A DNA stretch of 64,000 bases from an uncultured Verrucomicrobiae bacterium (GTDB lineage Bacteria; Chlamydiota; Chlamydiia; Chlamydiales; Rhabdochlamydiaceae): contig CAWDYW010000001.1 of assembly GCA_963806855.1 (NCBI GenBank), positions 96,001 through 160,000 of the forward strand, read 5' to 3'. The position numbers were made by a program, and so were the translations under genes. Below, one piece after another: positions 10,245 through 20,571 of the stretch. Below the pieces are notes generated by a model. The model ran no database searches and was not told the origin of the DNA. It worked only from the letters and a program-made list of their open reading frames with translations. Each line of letters opens with the position of its first letter. Position 1 is the first letter of the stretch.

Positions 10245-11531
10245 ATGGTAAAAAAATACCTACCGCTTGCTGCTTTGACAGTGCTCGGATTAACTAGTGT
10301 TGCAAGTGCAGCACGCAATACTAACGCATCAGGAAAGCCAGTTAGAGGCGATGTATGCGCCCCTTCACAACCTGCAGTATGCTACCCAGATGACTGCCCA
10401 CCTTGCCAAAGATGCTTGGGCCCAGAGAACTTTGCCGGCAATCCTCCTGTATGCCCCAAAGGATGCAACGGCGATGTCTTTTTCACTGTTGCAGGCTTAT
10501 ACTGGAGCGCACACCAAGATGGGATGGAGTATGCTATCGATAATGACACAACACAGCCTACAACTATAAATGTCACAAACAATGAAGTCTTCAATCAGCT
10601 AGCTGGAGCAGAATACAAACATCCTGGTTCTCACTGGGATTGGGGTTTTAAACTCGGTCTGGGATATTGCTCACCTTGCGATGGTTGGGATGTAAATCTT
10701 CTCTGGACATGGTACCGGGGGAGAAATCACAACGAGATTGATGCAGATCCTACTGACAACTCCGCGGTTCTTCCTCTCTGGACTGACTTTGCAAGCGCAG
10801 TCGGTGGAGTCCTTTTTGCCACAGATTCCGATATGAAGTGGAAACTCAAATTGAATTTGATCGATCTTGAGCTCGGACGGGATTACTGGGTCAGCAGATA
10901 CCTCTCGATCAGACCTTTCGTAGGTTTGCGCTATGCCTCAATTCGACAACACACGCAAATCTCATACAACGGAGGGAGCTTTGGAGTGATTCCTAACACT
11001 ACATTACCACCACCTATCGACTTACAACTCGCTTTCAATGATCTAGTCGATATGAAAAATAACTATCGTGGTGCAGGTCTTCGTGCAGGTCTAGATTCTG
11101 AATGGAATTTCGGATGCGGATGGGCTCTTTATGGCAATCTAGCGGCTTCTATCATCTACGGAAAATTTACCGTTGATCATGATGAAATCATTAGTCTTGC
11201 AAGCCAATCTCCTCATAGCGAATTCTCCGTTGTCGATGCAGATGAGTCTTTCCGTGCTTCCCGAGCAATCCTCGACATGGCACTCGGAGTTCAGTGGTCA
11301 ACTATGTTCTGCAGCTGCAAATATGGCCTCACAGCTATGCTTGGATGGGAACAACACCTATTCTTCGACCAAAACCAACTCTGGAGAGTTTCAAGAGTTG
11401 GCGCTACACCTAGTGGAAGCCTGTTCTCAGATCTCGTTCAGCTCAACCTCACTGGCGACAATGTGATCCAGCAACGACGTGGATCACTCGACACATCAGG
11501 TTGGACACTTGCTTTCAAATTTGATTTCTAG
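10245..11531 (+). CDS. MOMP-like porin, paralog 8
   Basis: Same scaffold, ends ...FKFDF. Confidence 0.85.
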   Translation: MVKKYLPLAALTVLGLTSVASAARNTNASGKPVRGDVCAPSQPAVCYPDDCPPCQRCLGPENFAGNPPVCPKGCNGDVFFTVAGLYWSAHQDGMEYAIDNDTTQPTTINVTNNEVFNQLAGAEYKHPGSHWDWGFKLGLGYCSPCDGWDVNLLWTWYRGRNHNEIDADPTDNSAVLPLWTDFASAVGGVLFATDSDMKWKLKLNLIDLELGRDYWVSRYLSIRPFVGLRYASIRQHTQISYNGGSFGVIPNTTLPPPIDLQLAFNDLVDMKNNYRGAGLRAGLDSEWNFGCGWALYGNLAASIIYGKFTVDHDEIISLASQSPHSEFSVVDADESFRASRAILDMALGVQWSTMFCSCKYGLTAMLGWEQHLFFDQNQLWRVSRVGATPSGSLFSDLVQLNLTGDNVIQQRRGSLDTSGWTLAFKFDF

Positions 11532-11562
11532 CACCCTGCAGAGGGCTATTTTTTAACCAGGG

Positions 11563-11588
11563 AGGCCTAGCATATGCTAGGCCTTTTT
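11563..11588 (+). terminator. Intrinsic terminator after porin 8
   Basis: aggcctagca/tgctaggcct hairpin followed by T-run. Confidence 0.7.
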
Positions 11589-11614
11589 GCTTGATAAAAA
11601 TCTGGACCTTGCTT

Positions 11615-11779
11615 TATACCGAAACAACTTGAAGAATCGGGAATTCGACAAGGAGGCGGCACAAATTTTGGAGTCTGGAACGAGCGACATTGTTCGAGAA
11701 CAAGGCGCGAGTGAAGACCAAAAATTTGTTGCCAAGCCGACGCCGTCGACAACCGATTCTTCAAGTTGTTTTCGGTATA
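11615..11779. mobile_element. 165-bp palindromic MITE (RPE-like), TA-bounded
   Basis: Terminal inverted repeats tataccgaaacaacttgaagaatcgg / ccgattcttcaagttgttttcggtata (one indel); internal IR ggcacaaattttgg / ccaaaaatttgttgcc; absent from the other porin intergenic regions. Confidence 0.8.
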
Positions 11780-11808
11780 AAACCATTAAAAAAAAGGAGA
11801 ATTTTAAA

Positions 11809-13056
11809 ATGGTTAAGAAATGGGCCGCATATGGTGCAATGAGTTTAACAAGCGTCGCTAGTGCGGCACAAAATCCTTGCGCTCCTCAACCTCCAGCGAT
11901 CTGTTATCCGGATACATGCCCCCCTTGCCAGCGATGTCTGGGACCAGAAACTTTTGCTGGCAATCCCCCCGTCTGCCCCAGAACATGCAACGGCGATGTA
12001 GATCTAACAATTGCTGTTTTCTGCTGGGATATGTACCAAGATGGCATGGAATTTGCGATTAATGATGATGTGACCAACCCTTCCGTTCCAGCTACTACTC
12101 CAGAGACAATACAACAGCTCAATCAATTAGCTGGTGCGCGCTATAAAAAGGCATTTCCAAAATGGGAGTGCGGTTTTAAGCTTGGTCTCGGCTACTGCTC
12201 CCCCTGCGACGGATGGGATGTCGGTCTCGAGTGGACTTATTTCCACGGCAAAGCGTTTAATCACATCATCGCCGATCCCGACAGCAATCACACCTTAATC
12301 GCTCTTTGGTCCCAATTTGCCCCCGCGCAAGCCGGGGTTGTCTACGCGACAACCGTTGCAAATGATTGGAAGGTCAAATTGAATTTGATCGATCTCGAGA
12401 TCGGACGCCATTTCTGGGTCAGCAGATATCTTTCTATCCGCCCCTTTATCGGACTGCGTTACGCGTCGATTCACCAACACAATCAAATCTATTACGATGG
12501 GGGAAGTTGGAGTGCTAATTCTATCGTCACTCCGATTCAGCCCGCTTTTAATGGGATCGTCGACATCCACAATAACTACAACGGTGCAGGACTACTGGCA
12601 GGCCTCGATTCAGAATGGAATTTTGGTTGTGGCTGGTCGCTCTATGGCAATGTCGCTGCTTCGATCATTTATGGAAGGTTTTCTAACGACCACGATGAAT
12701 ACATTCGCCTCGCTCGAACTCCGCATAGCATCACCAATATTCTTGATACAAGGGAGTCCTTTAGAGCTTCTCGTCCGATTTTGGACTTAGGGCTTGGTGT
12801 CAAGTGGTCGACAATGTTCTGCAGCTGCAAATATGGTTTTAGCGCCATGCTCGGCTGGGAGCAGCATATGTTCTTCGACCAAAATCAGATGTGGCGCGTC
12901 AACAGAGTGGGGACGACAGAACCTGGACCTGATAATCCAACCGATTATACCGCCAATCCTCCTGTCTTAAATCTCTCTGGGGATAATATCCTCCAGCAGC
13001 GACGAGGAACTCTTGAAACACAAGGCTGGACTCTGACATTTAAATTTGAGTATTGA
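11809..13056 (+). CDS. MOMP-like porin, paralog 9 (most divergent)
   Basis: Start MVKKW after SD AGGAG; the upstream extension in the ORF track reads through the MITE. Confidence 0.85.
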   Translation: MVKKWAAYGAMSLTSVASAAQNPCAPQPPAICYPDTCPPCQRCLGPETFAGNPPVCPRTCNGDVDLTIAVFCWDMYQDGMEFAINDDVTNPSVPATTPETIQQLNQLAGARYKKAFPKWECGFKLGLGYCSPCDGWDVGLEWTYFHGKAFNHIIADPDSNHTLIALWSQFAPAQAGVVYATTVANDWKVKLNLIDLEIGRHFWVSRYLSIRPFIGLRYASIHQHNQIYYDGGSWSANSIVTPIQPAFNGIVDIHNNYNGAGLLAGLDSEWNFGCGWSLYGNVAASIIYGRFSNDHDEYIRLARTPHSITNILDTRESFRASRPILDLGLGVKWSTMFCSCKYGFSAMLGWEQHMFFDQNQMWRVNRVGTTEPGPDNPTDYTANPPVLNLSGDNILQQRRGTLETQGWTLTFKFEY

Positions 13057-13062
13057 AAAATC

Positions 13063-15703
13063 TTAATGACGAAACTCGGCGATGAAGTTGGCAACGAGTG
13101 CGCTCCATCCGGTTTGGTGCGAGGCGCCGAGGCCCTTGCCAGTCTCTGGATTGTAATACTCGTTAAAGGGGATCAGATCTTTCCAGTAGGGATCCTTGCT
13201 GAATGGGAACTCCGGACCGAAAATGGGCCGCCTTCCCTCTGGATTTGTCGAAAAGATGTTGATCACCCGGTCGGCAAAGGATTGCGCCATATTGGCCATT
13301 GTGACGGGCGTTTCATTGGCCACCTGTATTTTGATATCATCGCCAAACGCCTCGGATAATTTGCGCAAAGATTCAACGAGGAGAAAAGTGGTCGGCATCC
13401 AAATCGGCCCTCGCCAATTGGAGTTACCCCCTTTGACGCTATGTAGGGATTCTGCTGGTTCATATCCAACTTGCTTATCCTGAAATACCACTGGATGTTG
13501 TTCGTGAACACGGGACATGCTGCGCAGTCCGTAGGTTGCCCGAAATTCATTTGGATCCCAGACATACTGCAGCACCCTTCCGAGTTGTGTCGCATTCATC
13601 AGGGCGCAAATGTAGTGTTTCTTTCCATCTTTGTATGTTGGAATGATGCACCGCTCAACAAGATCTTTCCGATTGTTCATGAACCATTGAAAATTCGTGT
13701 AAAACTCGGTGAAATGCTTGATCGAGTCCTCGTGGAGAATTTCAATTGCATAGAGTGGGATGATCCCGACAAGCGAACGGACGCGGAATTTGTTGAATGT
13801 CCCGTTGGGGTAGGTGAGCACATCATAGAAAAAGCCATCCCTCTCGCTCCACATTTCATAATCTCGATTTCCCCGTTTTTTCATTGCATGGGCGATGTAG
13901 ACATAATGCTGGAAAAATTTGGTCGCTAGCCCTTCATATGATTTTATTTTCGCAACTTAGCTCTAGCGCTATTCTCATCAAATTGAGACAGAACATCGCC
14001 ATCCAGCCAGTTCCATCCGATTGCTGGAGGACGGCGCCGCCAGGCAGCTTCTCTGAACGATCAAACATTGTGATGTTATCGAGCCCCAAAAATCCACCTT
14101 CAAAGACGTTGTTGCCCGAATTATCGACTTTATTGACCCACCAGGTGAAGTTGAGAATCAATTTGTGAAAACATTTTTCTAGAAAATCCCGATCTCCTTT
14201 GCCCTTGAGTTTTTCCTCTGCCTGGTAAATGCGCCAAATCGCCCAGGCATGTACAGGCGGGTTGAGGTCAGAAAAATCCCACTCATAGGCTGGGATCTGC
14301 CCATTTGGATGTTGGAACTGATCGAAGAGGAAAATCCAGATCTGCTCTTTGGCAAAATCTATATCAACAAGGCTATAGGTGAGGCAATGAAAGGCATGAT
14401 CCCAAGCGGCGAACCACGGATATTCCCATTTATCTGGCATGAGAAGAATCCGCATCGAATTGAGGTGCCGCCAGTGGATATTCCTCCCTTTTAGGCGCGA
14501 TTCTGGAGGGGGATAAGTATTATTATCTCCTTTCAGCCACTGATTCACATCCATCAGATAGATTTGTTTGGACCAAATCTGCCCAGCGATCGCTTGGCGT
14601 TGAATCTTCTTTTCATCTTCATTTAGATGGGGAGGATGAACCGAATTGAAAAATGCGTCTGCCTCTTTTTTTCTTAAATCGACGACTTCTTCTATGTTTT
14701 TGAGCGGATTTTTTGTTGGCCGGTCGGTGAAATAAAAGAGTGCTTTTGCAGACTTACCTGGTTCGATAGCATCGAAGGTATAATGTAAAGCGGCTTTACT
14801 TCCAAAATGGCGGGGATTGGTCGCACTCTCCCCATGAACAATTTTTCGGTGAAAAGCATCTTTGAATTGGCCAGGCTCATTGCCAAAATTGGTCTCGTTT
14901 TCGGTGAAGAGGAGCTCGGCCCCCTCTTGTCCGTAGAGATACCGTTTGCCCAGCCGGTAAACAGCAGACAGATTAGAGGGGGGAGGCATATCGGCCTCAT
15001 CTGCGATCAGCAAAACCCCTTCGCCTGGTGTGATGATTGGCTTAGGAACTTTGTTTTCCCACCAGGACCACTGATTGCGAAAAAGCATTTGCATGAGCAA
15101 ATGGAAGGGAGCTTTTTCTGGTCCGCGGTTGAACACTTCGACCCTGATGCAGAGAGTTTCTTCAGTTTCTTTGGCATATTCGATGGCAATATCAAAATAG
15201 CGATTCTCATCGAAAACTCCGGTATCGATCAGCTCATATTCCCCTTTATCTTTTCCCCGATTGCGGTTTTCATCTCTCAGCTTTTGGTATGGGTACTCTT
15301 TCTGAGGGTACTTATAAACATATTTCATATAGGAATGAGAGGGGACACCATCGAGATGGTAGTAGTATTCTTTGACATCCTCGCCATGATTCCCTTCATA
15401 GATCGTCAGTCCAAAGAGCCGCTCTTTTAGATGGGGATCTTTTGTATTCCAAAAGACAGGTGCTAAAACCAGAATTTGATATCGATCGCACCAGCCGGCG
15501 ATCGCATCCTCTCCCCAACGATAAGCCTTTTTAATCGCCAACTCATAGGGAAAATAATTCCAGGCATTGCCATCGAAGCTATAATCCTCGCGGACAGTAC
15601 CCCAACTGCGCTCCGAGACATAAGGCCCCCAGCGTAGCCAAGGGGGAACAACCTGATCTCTCCCCTGAGAAATCCGCTGCTGTTCAGCCGTGCTGTCTGG
15701 CAT
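13063..15703 (-). CDS. GH63/MGH1-like glucosidase, split by one frameshift near 13940
   Basis: [49 protein letters not shown]; removing one A near 13942 joins the two ORFs ([13 protein letters not shown]). Confidence 0.8.
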
Positions 15704-16667
15704 AGTGTGCCGCTCCTAATAGTGCAGTATTTTCATTGAGGATCACCTTAACTGGGATCCCCAATAGAAGAGAAGTAAAGCGCCCCTTTTGAATAAAGCG
15801 CTTCATGAAGCTCCCTTCTTTCAGCTCATTCAAAATCTTCGGAGCAATGCCTCCCCCGATGTAAACCCCACCGACAGCGAGCATTTTCAAAGCCAGATTT
15901 GCCGCCTCCGATCCGTAGATGGAGGCAAACATATCCAGAGCCTTTTCACAGGCCGGACACGCACTTTTCATGCCCATCTCGGTGATCACTTTTGAAGGGT
16001 CGGCCGTCTCAAACGCCGCTTTGACACTCTCTTTTTCCCTCTCAATTCCCTCGTCGATCAGGAAACGGTAGACATTATAAACCCCAGGGCCAGATAAAAT
16101 CCGTTCGAAGGAGACATGATCATATTTCTTGTTCAAATAGCGGAGCAATTTGATTTCCAGTTCATTCTCTGGTGCAAAACTGCAATGCCCCCCTTCACAA
16201 GCAAAGGGAACATGTTTGCTCCCATCCCAAAATAATCCTGCCTCGCCGAGCCCTGTTCCGGCGGAGATCAACGCCCGGTTTCCCCGACTAGGTTTACCCT
16301 CATTCAATGTGAAAAGCTCATCGGCGCCAAGATTTCTTAGACCATATGCATTGGCTTCGAGGTCGTTGATCAAAGAAACCGTCGGAATCCCATCATCTTT
16401 CGCAATTTGCTGTGCATCGACCACCCAGGGCAAATTGGTCGCACGGCACTTCCCTTCTTGAATCGGCCCGGCGATCCCGAAGCAGGCCCGCTGGACTTGA
16501 TAACCTGGATAGGCTTCTAAAAATTCTTTAACGATATGGCTTAAATTCTCGTATTTTGAGCTTTTATACTTCGCATCTACAACCCATTTCTGTTCTTCAT
16601 TTTCTTTGAAAAATGCTAAATGGGTTTTTGTTCCGCCAATGTCACCGGCTAAAATCATTTTTTCCAT
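15684..16667 (-). CDS. glk: Glucokinase
   Basis: [33 protein letters not shown] motifs. Confidence 0.92.
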   Translation of the reverse strand: MEKMILAGDIGGTKTHLAFFKENEEQKWVVDAKYKSSKYENLSHIVKEFLEAYPGYQVQRACFGIAGPIQEGKCRATNLPWVVDAQQIAKDDGIPTVSLINDLEANAYGLRNLGADELFTLNEGKPSRGNRALISAGTGLGEAGLFWDGSKHVPFACEGGHCSFAPENELEIKLLRYLNKKYDHVSFERILSGPGVYNVYRFLIDEGIEREKESVKAAFETADPSKVITEMGMKSACPACEKALDMFASIYGSEAANLALKMLAVGGVYIGGGIAPKILNELKEGSFMKRFIQKGRFTSLLLGIPVKVILNENTALLGAAHYARQHG

Positions 16668-16767
16668 ATATAATGCATAAAAGCAGATTCATCGATTCTA
16701 TACAAGAATCGCTTGACTAGAAGGAAAAGAGGAGCGATTCTGTAGGGACTTAACCAAGGAGTCCCCC

Positions 16768-17814
16768 ATGTCTGTTAACGACGGAAAGAAAAAAGCCCTC
16801 GAGCTTGCGCTCGCTCACATTGAAAAACAATTTGGCCAAGGGGCGATCATGACCCTCGGCAAACACCAAGCCTCGCACGAGGTCAGCGTCATTCCGACCG
16901 GCGCCCTCAATCTCGACATCGCCATCGGAATCGGCGGAGTGCCGCGCGGAAGAGTGACCGAAGTTTTTGGTCCCGAATCTTCCGGTAAATCCACTCTCGC
17001 CCTCCATATTGTTGCCAATGCCCAAAAGCAGGGGGGAATCGCTGCCTACATCGACGCCGAACATGCTCTTGATCCCACTTACGCCGCAAAAATCGGCGTC
17101 AACGTCGATGAATTGATGATCTCGCAACCCTCCTCTGGTGAAGAGGCGCTCAACATCGCCGAAATGCTCGCCCGCTCCAATGCTGTCGACGTGATCGTCA
17201 TCGACTCAGTGGCCGCCCTCGTTCCCAAAAACGAACTCGAAGGGGATATCGGCGACTCCTTCATGGGATTACAAGCGCGCATGATGTCACAGGCGCTGCG
17301 TAAACTCACCTCCACCCTTTCCAAAAGCAACACCGCGGCGATTTTCATCAACCAGATCCGAGAGAAAATCGGCGTGATGTTTGGCAACCCAGAGACCACT
17401 ACAGGGGGCCGTGCGCTGAAATTCTACTCTTCCATCCGTCTCGACATCCGTCGTATCGGCGGAATCAAAGGGGCAGACAATGCCGAAGTGGGTAACCGGG
17501 TCAAAGTTAAAGTCGTCAAAAATAAAATGGCGCCTCCGTTCAGATCGGCAGAGTTTGACATTCTCTTCAATGAGGGGATTTCTCGCTTTGGCACCATCCT
17601 CGATTTAGGAGTCGACCTCGGCATCGTCGACAAGAAGGGAACCTGGTTTAGCTATGGTTCTACAAGGCTCGCACAAGGGCGAGATGCTTCGCGTGAAGAA
17701 TTGAAAAATAAACCCGAGCTCGCCGCAGAAATCGAGAAAAAGATCCTCGAGAAATCAGGCGAAGTGGCCACCCGCCAAAAAGTCGTAGAAGAAGATTTAG
17801 CCACTGTAAGCTAA
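16768..17814 (+). CDS. recA: Recombinase A
   Basis: [35 protein letters not shown]. Confidence 0.98.
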   Translation: MSVNDGKKKALELALAHIEKQFGQGAIMTLGKHQASHEVSVIPTGALNLDIAIGIGGVPRGRVTEVFGPESSGKSTLALHIVANAQKQGGIAAYIDAEHALDPTYAAKIGVNVDELMISQPSSGEEALNIAEMLARSNAVDVIVIDSVAALVPKNELEGDIGDSFMGLQARMMSQALRKLTSTLSKSNTAAIFINQIREKIGVMFGNPETTTGGRALKFYSSIRLDIRRIGGIKGADNAEVGNRVKVKVVKNKMAPPFRSAEFDILFNEGISRFGTILDLGVDLGIVDKKGTWFSYGSTRLAQGRDASREELKNKPELAAEIEKKILEKSGEVATRQKVVEEDLATVS

Positions 17815-18693
17815 CGCGGCTTTACTTAGCATATGGCACATCTTCTCAAAGGATGGAGTGTTGATATTGAGCTCACCAAGCAGCTCTTTAAAACACTCCA
17901 TTTCTTTTAGGAAGACATTGGTCGCCCGCTCTTTTCCAAGCAGACGGGCCGCATTGATCTCACGCTGATTTTTCTCATCTTGGGCAAGATCTCCCAAATC
18001 ATCTGCAATCTGAAACGCCATTCCAAAATGATAGGCCGCTTTTTTGACTAAATCGAGTTGAGCGATCATCCCACCGCCAAAGAGCCAGCCAAAGACAAAT
18101 GCCGTCTCAAAAAGAGTCACCGTCTTTTTATAGAGAATCTCCTTGAGCATCTCCAAACTGTGATTGGGGGGATAAAGATCGAGAAATTGCCCCGATGTGG
18201 CCCCTAAAATCCCCGCGGCGCGACTCGCATGCTCCAGAGCAATACAGCAGACCGTCTCGGCAAAGCCAGAGAATGGGGGATCGGCCTGTTTCATCACTGT
18301 ACAATTTTCATGCAACTTTTCATAACCGGCAAAGATGAGCGAATAACTCGCCAAAAGGGCAACCGATTCCCCATAGGCTTTATGAAGAGAGGGCTTTTCG
18401 CGCCGCTCATCATCATTATCCATGCAGGGAAGATCGTCGGCAACCAGCGAAGCGGTATGCAAAAATTCGACAGCAAGAGCTGCAGGAGCCACATCCAAAT
18501 CGTGTCCTAGCCCATCAGCCACCATCATCACAATAATCGGGCGGAGCCGCTTGCCTCCGCTGAGCAGTGCATATTCACAAGCATCTCTCAACTTAGTTTT
18601 CTCTCCAAATGAGAGGATGCTCCTGGCGATTTCTTTTTCAATTTTATCGCGCAAAAGAAAAAATGAAGATCTATTAAGTGTTTCTGTTGTCAT
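17797..18693 (-). CDS. ispA: Polyprenyl (geranyl/farnesyl) diphosphate synthase
   Basis: [26 protein letters not shown]; start taken at MTTET. Confidence 0.85.
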   Translation of the reverse strand: MTTETLNRSSFFLLRDKIEKEIARSILSFGEKTKLRDACEYALLSGGKRLRPIIVMMVADGLGHDLDVAPAALAVEFLHTASLVADDLPCMDNDDERREKPSLHKAYGESVALLASYSLIFAGYEKLHENCTVMKQADPPFSGFAETVCCIALEHASRAAGILGATSGQFLDLYPPNHSLEMLKEILYKKTVTLFETAFVFGWLFGGGMIAQLDLVKKAAYHFGMAFQIADDLGDLAQDEKNQREINAARLLGKERATNVFLKEMECFKELLGELNINTPSFEKMCHMLSKAALAYSG

Positions 18694-19304
18694 ATTTTTA
18701 TCACCGTAAGTGGATAGCCTAAACTTCCTTTGCCCATTACCGTACCTGGATTGGTCACCGCATTGCAACCAATTTGTGTCTCATCACCCAGGATCGCTCC
18801 TAACTTTTTCAAGCCAGTTAAAATCGCGCCGATTTTCACCTCGTTCTCATCGAGCCGCACATTCGCCAATTTCGCCCCAGCGCCCAAATTGACCCGATTG
18901 CCCAAAATCGAATCGCCTACATAGTTGAAATGGGCAGCGTGCACATCATCGAGCAAAATGGATCCCTTAACCTCTGTGGCATGCCCAATCACACACCGAT
19001 CTCCCGCCAAAACCCCGCCCCGAATATAGGCCCCATGCCGGATTTCGCAGTCCCGACCAATCAGACAGGGCCCCTTGATCAACGCCCCCGGCTCGACAAT
19101 CGTCCCCTTCCCAATAGAGATTTGCTCCGGATTAATCAAATAAACGCCATCGGGGATCGAACACTCAATTTTCCCAAGTTTTTGGCTTTCAAGATATTGG
19201 ATTAATTTTAAAAGAGCTTCCCAGGGATAAGTACACCCATCAAAGACCTTTCTATGGGCAAAAGATTCTAAATTAAAGATCGTATCTACTAAAAATTTTT
19301 CCAT
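18690..19304 (-). CDS. GlmU-like left-handed beta-helix acetyltransferase
   Basis: Hexapeptide repeats, HFNYVGDSILG..VNLGAG; adjacent to ispA as in chlamydial genomes. Confidence 0.75.
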   Translation of the reverse strand: MEKFLVDTIFNLESFAHRKVFDGCTYPWEALLKLIQYLESQKLGKIECSIPDGVYLINPEQISIGKGTIVEPGALIKGPCLIGRDCEIRHGAYIRGGVLAGDRCVIGHATEVKGSILLDDVHAAHFNYVGDSILGNRVNLGAGAKLANVRLDENEVKIGAILTGLKKLGAILGDETQIGCNAVTNPGTVMGKGSLGYPLTVIKI

Positions 19305-19493
19305 ACCCACCTCGATTGTAAGCCAAATCGCTTTATTTTTACAAAGAATACTCTTTATATATGTTATACTCTTCTTCTTCTGGGGATGTGGAAATGTTTA
19401 TAACCCCCTCATTTTCCTAGAGAAAGAAGCTGTTTACAACTTGTCAATCCACTGAAGACAAATTGAAGATAACCCAGGATATAAACACCCAAT

Positions 19494-20480
19494 ATGCAAG
19501 AAATCGACAGTCTATCAACAACCTTTCCCACAATCACGTTTGTTAATGGAAAAGAGAGCGGATGGCGCATCCGGGCCAAACTCGCCGTGCGGGGGACCAA
19601 AATTGGTCTCTTTAAACCAGGCACTCACGAAGTGGAAGATCTGATCGATTGCCCCGATCACCATCCGAGCATCAACGAGGCGCTCCATCGATTGCGGAAA
19701 GCCCCCTACACCCCTTACAATGAACAGACTTTAACCGGCGACCTCCGTTATGTGCAACTGACAGTTCAGCGTTCTACCGGAAAAGTGCAACTCGTCCTCG
19801 TCTCCAACGGAAAGGGAAAGTGCGATGCCCTAGTCGAAACACTCAAGAACGACGATTGGCATTCGATTTGGGTCAATGTTCAAGAAGGCTCGACGAATAC
19901 CATTTTCGGTCCAAACTGGGAATTGAAGATGGGGCCAACCTATTTAGAAGAGACCATTCTCGGCCGAAAATTCTATTTTCATCCAGCCTGTTTTGTCCAA
20001 GCCAACCTCGATCTATTTGAACAAATCCTACTCGATATCAAAAGTTGGGTGCTTCCAAATCAACACCTAACCGAATTCTACGCTGGCATTGGCGTCATTA
20101 GTCTAACCATAGCCGACCAGTGCCAATCGGCGATCCTGGTTGAAATTAACCCCTTTGCGGAAGGCTGTTTTAAGGAAAGCCGTCCGCCTCCGCACTTCCA
20201 TTTCTTTACCGGCCCGACAGAAAATTATCTCGATCGACTCAAAGAAGTCCTCATCGTCGACCCACCGCGCAAAGGCCTAGATCCAAAAGTCCTAAGCGCC
20301 CTCAAAGATTCATCTTTAAAGCAAATCCTCTACCTAAGTTGCAATTTCGAAACTCTGAAGAGAGATCTTGAAATTCTAAAGAGTTTTGGCTGGATAGTCC
20401 AACAGGCAAAAGGCTACCATCTATTTCCAAATACCGATCATGTCGAGTTGTTAGTCGATTTAAGAAAAAACGAGATATAG
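19494..20480 (+). CDS. TrmA/RlmD-family uracil-5 RNA methyltransferase
   Basis: FVQAN, EFYAGIG, VDPPRKG, YLSCN, LFPNTDHVE; true start may lie upstream. Confidence 0.8.
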   Translation: MQEIDSLSTTFPTITFVNGKESGWRIRAKLAVRGTKIGLFKPGTHEVEDLIDCPDHHPSINEALHRLRKAPYTPYNEQTLTGDLRYVQLTVQRSTGKVQLVLVSNGKGKCDALVETLKNDDWHSIWVNVQEGSTNTIFGPNWELKMGPTYLEETILGRKFYFHPACFVQANLDLFEQILLDIKSWVLPNQHLTEFYAGIGVISLTIADQCQSAILVEINPFAEGCFKESRPPPHFHFFTGPTENYLDRLKEVLIVDPPRKGLDPKVLSALKDSSLKQILYLSCNFETLKRDLEILKSFGWIVQQAKGYHLFPNTDHVELLVDLRKNEI

Positions 20481-20571
20481 TGCATGTGAAGACTAAAAAC
20501 CCTCTTTCTCTATAAATAAACCTATGCTAAAATAATAGGCATTTTAAACAAGCAACAAGAGAGAACCTATT

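Noticed and set aside
11587..11808. 74-aa N-terminal extension of porin 9
   Set aside because: It is read-through of the MITE from a TTG without SD; the MVKK start at 11809 has an SD and matches the paralogs
325..12790. Recurring short alternative-frame and antisense ORFs inside the porin genes
   Set aside because: They recur only because the host genes are near-identical; no RBS or independent coding signal
225..13056. Diversity-generating retroelement or invertase shufflon driving porin variation
   Set aside because: No reverse transcriptase, template repeat or site-specific recombinase in the window; variation includes indels and is not adenine-specific; all copies are full-length and co-oriented
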